From: Octopus sinensis
Lineage: Eukaryota
Reading direction: 5' to 3'
Assembly: GCF_006345805.1 (NCBI RefSeq)
Contig: NC_043000.1
Span: 79,112,001-79,176,000 of the forward strand
Length of the DNA stretch: 64,000 nucleotides
Shown: positions 33,332-46,987 of the stretch, in pieces
Position numbering within the stretch: the first letter of the stretch is position 1
Layout of the letters: the number at the start of each line of letters is the position of its first letter
Made by a program: the position numbers and the translations under genes
Notes under the pieces: model-generated
Seen by the model: the letters and a program-made list of their open reading frames with translations, nothing else
Databases searched by the model: none
Told to the model about the DNA's origin: nothing

Positions 33332-34824
33332 CACCAGCACGATTTTCATTAAGAAAAAACACACTCGGATTTTTTTGCTGCAAATCCCTTATTTTAGTTC
33401 GGAAGAGGAGGCGAAGGGCCCCTCTCCCCATCCCGGAATCACTGGAATTTTTTTTTCTCGTTGAATGAATTCATGTGACCTCCTAATATGCTACAAAACC
33501 CTTTTGGGGGTCTGAAAAACGGAGTGGGGTGAGGTGGAAGCCTCGGAAATTTCACTCACCCCATTGATCTTTTCACCCGCACGATTTCCACTAAGGAAAA
33601 TAAAAATAAAAATAAAATCGCACCCAAACTAATTTTTGTGTGTGTACGCGGGGAAGAAAGATGGGGTCTTTTCCTTTCGAACGGCAGTTTGTAACATAAT
33701 TTCTAGGTAACTAAAAAATTTTAAACTTCGTATACTAGTAGAATGTGTTTATAAAACATCATTTTCTCTTGGCTTTATTGAGAAAATTCTATAGGTTGTA
33801 ACATATTTCGTCTTTAATTTCTTGCATTTCAGCAATTTTAACCAATCACTGGCGTCCATTTAGGTAAACAACATCCTGTGCATAATGAATATGTCCCTCG
33901 TTTAAGAAACAGATTGGGTTTATTTACATTTGTGAAGAAAAAAGATACCCTTCCCCCACCCCTAACCCTAACCCTAACTTTTTTTTTTCTTTTGGCTTTC
34001 TTGAGAAAATTGTAATTTGTAAGTTTAACGTAGTTTAATTTTTCGAATTTTAACCAATCAATGGCCTCTATTGAGCTAAAATCATTTGCTGCGTCTAAAA
34101 CTGAGACAACATCCTGTCACTGTTATGTTTACGTACGGAAAGCGTGTGTATAAAATTATAGAATTATTTTGTTTGTTAATTGTTTAAATTATTTTCCATT
34201 GCTTTCGTTTTAGCCTTTTGTTTTTTTTCTTAAGAAATGGAAAATAGTTTAAACGATACACGTGTATCTCAAAACAAAAACAAAACAAATAATTTTAGAC
34301 ACACGCGTAACAATTAAATTAATTTAACAATTAAAAAAATACGAAAGGCTAAAATTTAGGGTTAGAGTTAGGGTTAGTGTTAGGGTTAGGGTTATTGGTT
34401 AAAATTCGAAAAATTAAACTACGTTAAACTTACAAATTACAATTTTCTCAAGAAAGCCAAGAGAAAAAAATGTTTTATACGAAGTTTAAGTGTTTAGTTA
34501 ACTAGAAATTGTGTTAAAAACTGCCGTTCAAAAGGAAAATATCCATATTCTGATGATAAAATATAGTATCTTTCAAAAATATCCTAAATTTATAGACTAC
34601 ATCATGTGTGTTTAGAAAAAAAAAACATTTTACAGAATTAAATTTTCCAGAATATGAATTACATGATTCGTTATTAAATATAGCCTCCCTCGCCCCCTCC
34701 ACACACACATTTTTCAAACCAAAATAAGGGATTTGCAGCATATTAGGAAGTCAGGGTACTTGATTTCACACAAAACATTCGAGTTTTTTTTTTTTTTCTT
34801 TTTTCAGTGAAAATCCTGCGGGTG
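33332..34824. mobile_element. Non-autonomous foldback DNA transposon with TTAA TSD and internal telomeric repeats
   Basis: TTAA at 33328-33331 and 34825-34828. TIR CACC(A/C)GCA(C/G)GATTTTCA. Nested inverted modules include a perfect 67-bp pair at 33992-34058 and 34394-34460. (CCCTAA)3 at 33960-33977 and a TTAGGG array at 34356-34391. Confidence 0.75.
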
Positions 34825-35309
34825 TTAATATAAAAATTTACCGATTATTCTCCGTAGCTGCTCTCGATCTTTTGCAAAAGCCGCAATCGCTAGCTTAAAT
34901 CCCAAGGCAAGAGCTGCAAGCACAGCGGTTGGAGTGAAAGTAAGAAACAGTTTAAATAAGAACTGATGTGACGCTTGCGAATGTCGGTGCTTATACATTG
35001 CTTTTCTATCCAATAATTTTTGTAAGTTTTATTCTTTTTCCTTCCTCCTCTTTTTTTTTTGTTTCATTTTTTAACTTTTGTAATTTTCTTTTCCTTTTTG
35101 TACCTTTGTGTTTACTTATTTCTTTACTTTTTCTGCTGTTTAATTTTGGTACACCTCAAATTCTTCAGCTTCATTTTTCCTCTTCGGTATTTTAATGATC
35201 CCACTTTTCTGTTATCGCACTTCTGTTACACGATCCTGGCTGGACTTTGCATTGGCGGGCTGTTGAAGGGGTGGAAACAAAGTAAAATAAATAAATTAAT
35301 TACAAAGTT

Positions 35310-38300
35310 TTGAGCCTGCGACGAGTAACCAGGAGACCAGCATGGTTAAACGATTTCGTCATACCCTACCAGCCCTCGTCCTCTCGCTCCCCACTTCCTC
35401 TATCACATTATAGGGGAGTTAACTCGTATCCCTCTGTGTCTCCCTAACCCAGGGGTGGGCAAACTACGGCCCGCGGGCCGCATGCGGCCCGCCATAGGTT
35501 TTCATGCGGCCCGCCGAGAGCTTTTATGAATCCCAACTTCTATGCAGATACTTCGTAACTGTACGGTAATTCACAATATTTTCACTTGATTTTTATAAAT
35601 GAGGCCCGCCAAGGTTCCAAAGACGCACTGTGCGGCCCGCGATCAAAAAAGTTTGCCCACCCCTGCCCTAACCCCTCCCATCGTCAGATTCGGTCAGTAT
35701 TAGTTCTGCTCATCCCTTTACTCACCCAACACCCGTAATAACCAGCCTGCTACCATCGCCTCCTGGCCACCAACCGAAACCTACCGCCAGTATTAATGCT
35801 CTTCATCCAGCTCCCCTCTCTACCTCCATCACTAACCTTCCCCCACCTCCCCTTATTCACCCCACCACTCCCGTTACAGCCAGCCTGCCTGCATCATCTC
35901 TTCCACCCCACCTGAGTCCCACCACCAGAGTTAATGTTGTTCACATAGCTATTCCCTCTACCTCCAACGCCATTCTTCCCCCTACCACTACCCCACCTCG
36001 TCTGAATTCTGATTCTAATGCTGACCCCACTGATACTGCCAGTTCACCTTCAAGTTGTGTTCTCTGCACCCGCACATTTCGCTATTTGAAGACCATTAAA
36101 TGCCACATGTGTTGTCTAAGTTACTAAAGGAGCTGCGTCGGCATTATTAAGGTTCAAGCAGAAAGTTTTTCAAACTAGACATGCAACCGATGTCACTTCA
36201 GCTCTGACATCCTTAGTAGGACAGAACCTTGCTCTGAAGTCAAGATCCCTATTGAAAATTTTGCCCTCCAGGATTTGTTCAAGGTGAAGCTCATCAATCG
36301 GATCCCTAAGGGTACTCGGGCTTGTTTCGCCCGTGTTCTCTCGAAAATGCTGAAGAACGTCTGCCTATCCAACAACATCTCGGATTGGTAGAAACTGTTC
36401 TTGTTCCCTTTGGTCTCCCTCCATGTAACAAATGGAAATAGTGGAGCCATCACTTCTTCCTTGAAACGGTAGTTCGAGCTGTTCGAATTTATTCCAACCA
36501 CTGTTCATCTCAGGTCGCTGATCACCTCAACCCCGAATAATGGTCGACCACCTTACTTAAAGAAAGTTGTTAATGCCAAATTCAGCGAATTTGATATAAA
36601 AAGGTCTGTTCTTCTTTCCTCCCTGTCTTCCTTAGTCCTTTGTACCACAGAATCCTTCAACCAACTGAAGGAGAAACATCTTCCGGCCCCTTCAGATGAT
36701 CACACTGGCCCAACCCACCAAGTTTTCTACAACTCATCTTCACCCCTGACAAGGTAGGAAGGGCAATAGTCTCTTTTCCAGCGGGCTCTAGCGCTGATAT
36801 CGATGGCTGACGACCTCAGCATCTAAAGGATGGTATCTCCCTATCAGCTGGTGATACTGGCTCAAATCTTTGAACAACCCAACACAGTTCATAAACTTAT
36901 TTTCGTCCGAGAGTGTCCTTGCCTACATTCATCCTCTGTTCTTTGAGGTCAAATTATTTGATCTCACCAAGCCCAACGGTGACCTCCACCTAATAACAGC
37001 TGGTTGTATTTTGCAACGGCTCACAGTAAAAGTGTGTCTGTCCGAGGAATTTTTCCCTATTCAGCAAGGAATGGGTACTAAATTAGATTGTGAGGCTGCT
37101 GCTCATGTCACCAGGGCTTTCACCAACTTGCCCTCTGAGTCTCCAAAGGTCATCCTCAACTAGACTTTAAGACTGCTTTTAACTCCATCAGTCGAGACGT
37201 CATCCTCCGCACAGTAAGGGAGAATTCCCCTCCACTTTATCACTTTGGCAAGCCTATCGGTAGCCTTCCTACCTCTAATTTGGTGATCACCTCATCCCAT
37301 CTACTTTTGGAGTCCAACAAGGTGACCCACTTAGTCCTGCTCTATTCGCATTTGGGTATTGATGATATTACCAAAATGGGAGCCGACCTAGACCTAAATA
37401 TCTGGTACCTCGATGATGCTTGTTTGGGAGGCTCTGCTGACAAGCGCTTGCGAGGACGATGATCGACAAACATGGTCGTAGAGGTCTAAGTTTTAAAAGC
37501 TTTAAATGCGAGCGCTGGCTCCTCAACCACCAAGCTTCGCATGAGCAGGCTACTAAACGATTTGTTGACTCCCACCCCTCAATTGCGATTCCTCCTTCAT
37601 CAGCGCGGTGCTCCCTTGGAGCCCCAATTATTGACCTAGCTTTCGACAAATCCAAAATGGTAACCTCGAACAACTTTTATAAAACCTTGGGGTAGTTGAG
37701 CCCCACCAAGGTTTTTTTATATTTAGGAATTACTTGTCAATTCCTAAGCTATTGTATTTTCTGAGAGTTAGTCCCTATTACAGATTCTTGTAGTCTCTCC
37801 AATACTTTAACGACCTAATCTTCAGGAAACTTGAATGCTTGGTCAATGTTAAACACTCCTCAGACTCTCGCGACCAAGCTGCTTTGTCCAAATGGTTTGG
37901 TGGTCTAGTTCTGCGCAAGTGCTCGTCTCTATCTCTTCCCTGATTTTTTTTTCTTCCATCCACGCTTGCTCCCCTTTGGTAGGCAACATTCTCTCCTCTC
38001 CAACATGGAATAATTCGAACAGGGAGATGGATGAAGCTCTACCACTGTGGAAAGATCTGGGTTTGTCAGTTCCGGTTACAGTATAGGATAGACGAAAACA
38101 GAGAGTATAGCTCAGTCTGCATTCAGGTGCCAGTTTCGACTTTCTCCTTGATCAATCTGATCAGATTTTCAAGGTGTCACATACTTTCAACTAGTGCAAT
38201 ATTCTCTGGGGACTGGATTGATGCCCTGCCTGTAACCAACATTGGAGGTCTACTCAGTCTAGATGAACTCCGCATCTCCATCGCACTCAGAGCGGGAGCT

Positions 38301-38990
38301 GATGTCTGTAGGAGACTGAGATGCTGCAGTGATAGGCCCTTCAATTCCACGTCTTCATGGTCTGTATTGCCGTCTGTATTGTCGTTCGCTCGTCACATCG
38401 AGCTAAACCTAATCATTAAGTGGACCCTAGCTCAGATTGATATCCCTTCAGTTCTGGAGCAGTCGGGGTTATCCAGATGTGATAGAAAAAGACCAGATGG
38501 TCTTACCCTCTGCTCCTGGGTTAGAAGTAGGTGCCTCATTTGGGATGCTACAGTCTGTGACTTCTTTGTTCCCTCCCACATCCTGGATGCTGCAGTTAAT
38601 GGGAGGGTCACTGCTTCCGTAGCCGAACGGGAAAAAACCCTGAAGTATCGGGACCTGACAGTGAACTATCTCTTCCAACCTGTGACGTTTCAGACGTTCG
38701 GAGGGACTGGACCACTAACCGCGAAGTTCTTGTCAATGTTGGCAACTCGCCTCACCGAGGTGTCAGGTGATGCCCCTGAAAGCGCTTGGCTTTCCCAACG
38801 CCTTAGCCCTGACATCACCCATGGTAAGGCTGCGAGCGTGCTGGCTTGCTTCAGTAGGTTCCGTTAAACCTTGTGGTGTGCGACCAGTTGCTGTGATAAA
38901 AAAAACTTCCCCACAGATGGTTTCAATACAGTTTTAATAGAAAGATATGGAAGAACTAGAAGAAAGTCATCCGGTAATTTTCTTTCTTGT
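35310..38990 (+). mobile_element. CRE-clade (R2 group) non-LTR retrotransposon, decayed
   Basis: N-terminal Zn finger CVLC..H, RIPKGTR, RPQHLKD, QQGDPLSPALF, IWYLDDA, and REL domain KRPDGLTL..LIWDATVCD..FQPVTFQTFGG..QRLS (ORF 38031-38867). Boundaries are approximate. Confidence 0.75.
35450..35665. mobile_element. hAT-type MITE (216 bp)
   Basis: TIR CAGGGGTGGGCAAACT / AGTTTGCCCACCCCTG, 8-bp TSD CCCTAACC (35442-35449 and 35666-35673), and subterminal GCGGCCCGC repeats. Confidence 0.9.
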
Positions 38991-39904
38991 AAATAAATGT
39001 TTATGTTAATTTAAGAATTTGCCTGCAAAATCTTATAAAATGACAACGTTCTAAAAGATGTACATGTTTATATGTTATATATAAAAATATACTTCATTAG
39101 TTCTGAAGTATTCATTTTATGTATGTATGTATGTATGTATGTATGTATGTATGTATGTATGTATGTATGTATGTATGTATGTATGTATGTATGAATGTGT
39201 AGGACCTCGTTTGGTCTGTCTACCTGAGATTCGAAATCGAATCTGGAGATTCTTCCTAGCCATACGACCTATTGTCCTGTCAAAAGGGAACGCTGATTAA
39301 TGCGATTTCTGTTTGATCCATGACATTGCTATATCATAGAAAGTTTAGGTAAAGAAAATTTGACCTATACTAATTTAGCCATTGTTATAACGGTATATCC
39401 ATTTTCCTAGCTAGTCTGCACACTTATAAATACTAGAACTTTGTAAGGAAAAATCAGAGCGATCGACACAGAGCAGGCCGACTGGCGTGAAATACCATCT
39501 TATCAGAACGTCATAGAAGGACAGCTTTGGAATTCCACCAGCGATACCCTTATTTTGTCCACCCCTCTATTACTCACTCACTTTCGTTTTGACAAAATCA
39601 TTCTGTCTCTCTCTCCACTACTGCTTAAATGACGGGAACATGAAAGTCTCTTATTATCGACTTTCTAAACTTACATTCACTCTATCTTCCTCTGACCCCT
39701 ATTTTAGCATCTAGTAGTTAGTAAACACGAAAACGGAAACATTCACACAAGAAAATAGACCTCTCGTTGCCTCGTATACTTTCCAACTGTTGGTTAATAT
39801 ATAATCTAATACCCCAGCCACAAAAACAACAACAAAAAAGACAGTCCATTAGATTTTTTTAAATTATAGAAAACGAATATGAAAACAAAAATTTGCGCAA
39901 ACGT

Positions 39905-40200
39905 ACGGAGTGGGGTGGGGAAAGGACTTTCGGAAAATTCACACGATCCGATTTTCCCTCATAACTTTCAAGAAAATGGATATATATTAATGAAATTTTA
40001 TAGAAACACCTTTCAAATTGCACAGATTACGATTAATGTTTTCCGAAGGAGTGGTGAGAGGACTTCTGGAAAATTCACACGATCCGATTTTTTTCCGCAT
40101 AACTTTCAGGAAAATGGATATATATTAATGAAATTTTATACAAATACATTTCAAACGGCATAGATTACAATTATAAAGAAATTTGTGGGGGAAATGTTTT
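39905..40200. repeat. About 136-bp tandem duplication
   Basis: GGAAAATTCACACGATCCG at 39932 and 40068, with matching downstream sequence. Confidence 0.85.
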
Positions 40201-41190
40201 CCAAAGGAGTGAGGAGAGGAGTTTCGGAAAAGCGTAGTTTTGGATCAAGAAGACCACATAAGTTGGAATTTCTCCGTTTTGTCGGGGATTTTTCCAATTG
40301 CTTTTCACCAAAGCTTTCGAAATGATGAGGAGCATCTTTTTATGAAAGAACGGTCTGGAAAATTTATGATTTTTTTTTTACTCTCACTTAATGATGATAA
40401 CAATGGACCACACGCGTGCTCCATTAGTGGGATATAAACATCAACAACAAAAAATGGAAATTTAAATTTTTACCCCCACCTTAATTAAGCGAGCCGTGTG
40501 TGTGTAAGAAAAACATTTTCTAACAGAGAAGTATGCTATTTAAAATTAATTATCTTTTACATACCTATACCATTTTTTTTTTTAATCACTGTCGATAAAT
40601 GCCAGAAGTGACTTCAGGCTCTCCGGTATTCTAAATTACAAACCGAAACAATCAGGGACGAGGGTTGGAAAAAAATCACAAATCTTCAATTGGGGTGGGG
40701 GGAGAAAAATGTTGAAAAATCATCGATACATGCGAGTGTGAGAAAAACGAGGAGGATGGCCTTGTAAATGTAACTGTGAAACTTGTTAAGGACATACTTA
40801 TAACATATTTATCTATAGAAAAGTTTAAGAGTATTGGATATTATAAAGTGGCATTTCATAGTTGAATGAGTTTTGCTAATGTACTGAAATTTTGTTTTGG
40901 TCAAGAATGAAGATTTTTCTTTTCTTTACTTTTTTTTTTTTGGCTTGGAAACTTTGGTGTGGTTTAAGGAAATTTTCTTAAACTAATTAAAAATTTTTGA
41001 GTACTTCATTGAAGATCATATGTTTTTCTTTTTAATTATGACTTCTGAAGGACATTTGCTTGCATGTGTGTGTGGGGGGGTGTACATATGTGTGTGCATC
41101 TAGGTGTGAGCATTGTGGTTAAGGGTTTTATACTGTATATTGATACATATTTCAGTTAGTTAATTTACGTATGTGTGAGTGTGTGTGTGT

Positions 41191-41230
<40 letters not shown>

Positions 41231-42681
41231 TGTGTGTGTGTGTGTGTGTGAAGTGAACTGTGTCTTTAATGTGGTTCAGCTGGTTCTGGTTTAATTCTTG
41301 TGGGTGAACTTTACATTTTATTATTTTTTTATGTTTTACATCTTATTTTTTATGTTTCATGACTCAAGGTTTAAAATAAACATAATTTCAATTAACCATT
41401 TACTCTACAACATATACTGAGCACGCCTCTCATTTGCTTGACACAATTCTGTGTTCACACACACACACACACACACATACGCATGCACGCATATACAGTA
41501 GTTTTTTGCGGATTTTTTGTTTGGCTGCCACTTATCAGTTTCTTTAATTTTTGTTCCAACTGATTTCATATTTGGCGTATCGATGTAGTTTCGTAAGGTA
41601 ATCCTTTTTGCCATGAATCAATTAATAAAGTGTTAAGAATTTTAAAAGTTTGCAAATTTTGGATAATTTTAGCCAATCGAAAACTGCAGACAAGTAGGTG
41701 CCTGTTTCCATAGTAACAATCCATGCTGTTACCAGGCTTCTTACTCATGTAGTCATTTTTTGCTTATTAAATGGTGATCGTAAGATGTACTAAAAATAAT
41801 AGCTAAATAGGCCTTAAATCACGCACTTTTTTTTTGCCTTATAGTATGAATTCCCTTGAGTAGAATACAAGGATCTTTCCTGTTTGGCGACCAATTCTTA
41901 ATCTCCTCAATTTCTTTTCTAACTTATTTCATATTCGGTGTAATTATATAGTTTTATATGCTAATCAATGCTTTGAAATTCATTTTCGCCATAAACCAAT
42001 CAATTAAAAGTTAACAGCTTTTAAAGTTTGCACATTTTGGGTAATATTAGCCAATCGTAAGCCACAAACACATACATGCCTGTTTCCATAATGAGGATGC
42101 TTTTGTCTGCGAGAAAGCACGTGTTGACAAATATATTCTATTCATTGAGGTGGTGGTAAGATGTGCTAAAAATAACAGCTAAATAGGCCTTTAATCACAC
42201 ACACTTTTTTTGCATAATCGTATGAATTCCAGTGTGTAGAACACAGATTTGCAAAATGTTTCTGAAAATTCCAAAAAATAAAGAAGTTATGAATGATTAT
42301 ATGGAGTGCGTAAAACAGAATTCCGCCAGTATTTCATTTGTTTACAGTTGACAATACGTGCTGTCACGCAGAAAATACAGCTTTCAAATCCTGTTTTCTG
42401 ACTGGGTGAAAATTATCAAATTTTGAGCCTCTATAACTTTTTTTTAAAAACTTTCTGGAAAAAGTGAAATATTTCTTGAGATTCAGCTTAGAAAACTGCA
42501 TTAATGTACCAAATTTTGAAATTTTCATGAAACTTTAAAATTTCTATAGGTGCAACCAAAGATCAACTTTGCATTATGACTTTTAACTTACTAACCCCCT
42601 AGGTAGGTATGTAGATGGAAAAGCAATGCATTTAGATGTACATAGAACATTTCAATATATTTAAAGAGAAACACACACAGC

Positions 42682-42788
<107 letters not shown>

Positions 42789-43393
42789 GATGGATGGATG
42801 GATGGATGGATAGGTAGGTAGGTAGGTAGGTAGGTATATGGGTAGGTAGTAGGTAGGTGCATACATACACAGACACATGCATGCATACACACTTACATAT
42901 GTACATACATACAATCATACATACATACATACATACATACATACATACATACATACATACATACATACATACATACATACATACATACATACATACATAC
43001 ATTCTACTATATGCAGAAAGAGAAAACCAGAGAGCTGGCTGAAACGTTAGTATGCCAGGCTATATGTTCTGAGTTTAAATTCCACCAAAGTTGACTTTGC
43101 CTTTCATCCTTTCGGGGTCAATAAAATAAGTATCTGCTAAACACTAGATCCAATGAAATTGATTTACCCCACTCCCCAGAAACTGCTGGCCTTGTGCCAA
43201 AATTTGAAACTAATATATATGGAGTGAAAATAAGTAGGCACCTATGAAATTGTACATTTAAGACAATTATAGCAAATCTGACATAGAATTTTAATTTATT
43301 ACCATAAAATAATACTATGAGCACAACTCAGATGACTCCCATTACAACTAAATAAATGAATAAATAAAACAGAAAATATACAGAGATACATAC

Positions 43394-43627
43394 ATTGTTT
43401 TTCATATAATCCTTTCTCGTAGATACACTGGCAACTTTCCCAGTCATAGCTTCCATAAGGGCCACAGAATATGTAGTTACATCCAGTACAATCTTTGCCT
43501 GCATGTCGTTGGTCACATTGACAGTTTGGTTGTAACATATTAGGTGATGGGCAAATACACTCACAGGTAGCTTCATTGACAATTCCACCATTCAAACAAA
43601 CAGTATTACATGATGAACATTCTGGAC
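43394..43627 (-). CDS. Host-gene exon (234 nt, phase 1-1), Cys-rich EGF-like repeats
   Basis: Acceptor AAACAG|GT and donor T|GTATGT. Translates GPECSSCNTVCLNGGIVNEATCECICPSPNMLQPNCQCDQRHAGKDCTGCNYIFCGPYGSYDWESCQCIYEKGLYEKQ. Confidence 0.85.
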
Positions 43628-43839
43628 CTGTTTGCAAGTCAATAGAAAATTAAGTTAATGAGAAGAAATGTAGACACACCTTCCTAGTTCTAATATTTAG
43701 TTGAGAGTTAGGCCTTAATCTATCACCCAGTTTAATTGCACCACCTAGATCTAGATTATTTTTAACAGAGTTCATTTTATATTGTAAAGATTTAGAGCAG
43801 TTACAGATCTGAGGAAAAGTGATGAGTTGAGTAACCTCT

Positions 43840-44810
43840 TCCAACTGTGCCACTGTAACAGTGTATAATGATATCATTACATTGGTGCTGACAGAAGAGG
43901 TTACTCAAAAAAGAGCCACTGTCACCTTGTATTCAGGTTACAGTAGTACAGTGTTCTGCAACAGACATTATTAACTTGTATAGTGTTTCTATTACAGTCA
44001 TACAGATGGAAATGGTTTACCAACAGATTCCCAAAGGACCTTGTATTGTATCGTTGTTAAATATTATAGATAGAAGTAGTTTCCCAACAGTGACCTACTG
44101 TAACATTGTATACTGTTGCTGTTACAGTGATGAAGATACATGTGGATCTCCAACAGAGGCAAACTGTCACCTAGTATAAAATCACTGTTACAATGATACA
44201 GATGGAAATGGTTACCCAACAGCACAAACTGTCACCTTCAACAGTGTTATAGTGAAAGTAGCACAGATGGATGTGAATCTCTAATAGGGACTTATCATCC
44301 TGTGTTGTGTTACTGCTCTAGTGGCATGAATGGAAGCAATTCCCTGACAAACAACTACAGTCAGCTTGTACAGAGCCACTGTTAGAGAGGTATGGCTGGA
44401 AATGGCTTCCTGATAGAGATGCATGTTGCCTTCAGTAGTCACAATTACAGAGATAGAACTGGAAATTATTGTGTAACAGACACCTACTATATAATGTTAT
44501 TTTAGGACGGTACAGGTGCAATTAATTACCCAGTAGAGGCCACTGTCACCTTCTTTTGTTCTGTGGCAGATTCGTGTGGTTCCCTAACAGAGAACCACTG
44601 TTGCTAGGTCTAATTGGGACACATTGTTATCTTGTATAGTGTCGCTTATGCAGTGTTACAGATGGAAGTGTAGAGAGCCACTGCTACATTTTACAGCATC
44701 TATGTTATGATGGTACAAATAAAAGTGGTTAGTTAACTGAAACTCAGTGTTATTTTATGTAATGTTACAGTGGTACACATTGAAATGCTTACCCCACAGA
44801 GACTTGCTGT
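43840..44810. repeat. Degenerate minisatellite with a unit of about 60-65 bp
   Basis: Recurring ACTGTCACCT, TTACAGTG, ACAGATGGAA and CCAACAG motifs. Confidence 0.7.
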
Positions 44811-45623
44811 TGTGCATCAATCATCCACACCACTCCACTTGCCTCTCTACTTAATCTTTATGAGTAAATGTGTGTGTGTGAGAGAGAGTGTGTGTGTGTG
44901 TGTGCATAAATGCTGAAATAACTAGATATTTTCAGAGGGAGAAATATAATCAATGGATTGTCAGGTCTTTATTGACATTGCCAAGTGATGTTATAGAATA
45001 AAATCTGGAAAAAGCAAGGAATCCAGTGATTGTCTTTATCAGCTTTAATAGTATTTGATAAATTTATTTATCTCATAAAGTAATATAAGCTCTTTCATGA
45101 AATCTGCAGTTAAACATTATCATAAGTTATCTCTGTAGCCCCAGGAGATAAAATGGAAAAGGCGTTGTCCCAGAGGTTGGTAAGATGGATGCACTGAAAC
45201 AGCCACTCTCATTCACAGGGCTGTTAAGAGTAGATTATAAAGATTTTTCTTTACACTTTGTCTAATAGTAAGAAAAGTTGCCTTTGACCAGAAGTACATA
45301 AATGATTTAGAATTTGAATTCTTTATGTGTTGGAATGTTGGTAGCGAATGAAGTGATAATGGGAATCAAGAGGTTATTGTAAACCCAACTGAAGTGCATC
45401 AATCTGGTAAAACATACATACATTCAATAATGATGATGGTGGTGGTGGTGGTGATGACAATAATAACAATGAAAACGATGGTGATGGTAGTGATGGTCAT
45501 AATGATGATAGCAGTGGTGATAATAATGAAATCAGTGATGATGATAATGATGATGATGACGACGACGATAATGATGAATAGTACAGCTTAAATTTGAACC
45601 ATTAAAAGTCATTTCCCACTAAC

Positions 45624-45698
45624 CTCCTTTACCCTTTCTGCACAAACAAGAACATTCATAAAGTTCACCACCTCCATTACAGGAGAGTTCACAGTTCT
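45624..45698 (-). CDS. Host-gene exon (75 nt, phase 1-1), first part of an EGF-like unit
   Basis: Acceptor CTATTTCTAG|AG and donor GGAG|GTTAGT. Translates ENCELSCNGGGELYECSCLCRKGKG, and splicing to the next exon gives C-RKGKGGPE-C (EGF C-x8-C). Not in the ORF track. Confidence 0.8.
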
Positions 45699-46987
45699 CT
45701 AGAAATAGAAACCAGTTTTGTTCAGTTATAGAATAACAACATCAATTCATACATCGAAAATAGCAAGAGTAATTACATTCAGTTACAATATGGGAATTTA
45801 AACTTAAGATGGAACCATCATTACATGGTCATCTGCCTGCTAGAAAAAGCAGCCAAATCTCACTGAAATCATGCCCTGATATCTTAAAAGTTAACAGGAC
45901 AGATTGGATAAGATAGTCCCAGAAATATTATACCTGATTAAAAATGATGGTCATAGCGAAATCTTTGATCATAGATCTGGTCAATGATAGACTAAACAAC
46001 ACCATCAATATAGCTGGAATATATTATGCTAGATATTCCAAGATAACTAACATAGACACCAATGATTAGCAGTACAGCTGAAAAAGTCAACCTCAGTATT
46101 TAATCATCACTTTATTTTATTAAGCCCGGAAAGATGAAAATGAAAGTTCATCCAGGCAGAATTTGAACCCAGTATGTAAAGAAATGTAAGTAAATATCTG
46201 CAGGGCATTTTGTCCACAGCTCTACCAATTCTGCCATCAATACTGATGATAATTAGTTGGAAGAACAATAAAATGTAACATCTGGAATGATGATAACAAT
46301 GAATTACATTCAAATATTGTCTCCTACTGCAGTTTTACTGCCTACTTTAAGACACACTGGGAAAAAAATATTAGTGATTTTTTTCTTTCATACTTTCACG
46401 GTATTGTTTATGACAAGGAGAGAAATGTTAAAATAGTCATTAACAGTTGTTCATATTTTTCTGTGACTTTTATACCTCGCATAAGATTACACAAGACTGA
46501 TGAGTTCTAATAAGATAGAAATAGTCCTCACCATCACTATTCTTGTTAAACATCAAACTCACACCCCATTACATATTAACATTTAATGCATTCACTTCTT
46601 CTGACATACCCACATTCAATATTTAATTAATTCAGACCCCACTACATATGCCACATCCTATATTTAATTAATTTGCATTTTAGAGTTGATATCCTTGCCT
46701 TTTTCATAAGGATTATCATCAAACTAAATATTTTTGTACTCACTGCAGATGTGATTTTTTGGCTCTTGACATCTTAGCCACAACTAACTGCAATAGTTAC
46801 AGTTTGTCATCACTGACAAACATTCTTTAACCTCTCACTATCAAACTATGCCATCTCTTTTATTTAATGGTCTAAATGGTATCTTAAATTACATGATTTA
46901 AAGAATTTATCATGACCCCAGTCTTAAACCTGATATGATCATGACCAATGATTCAACTATGGTAAGTCTTAAATCTAGTAATGTAAC

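Noticed and set aside
35442-35673. Telomere-like TSD CCCTAACC of the hAT MITE
   Set aside because: A single 8-mer in a C-rich region is consistent with chance.
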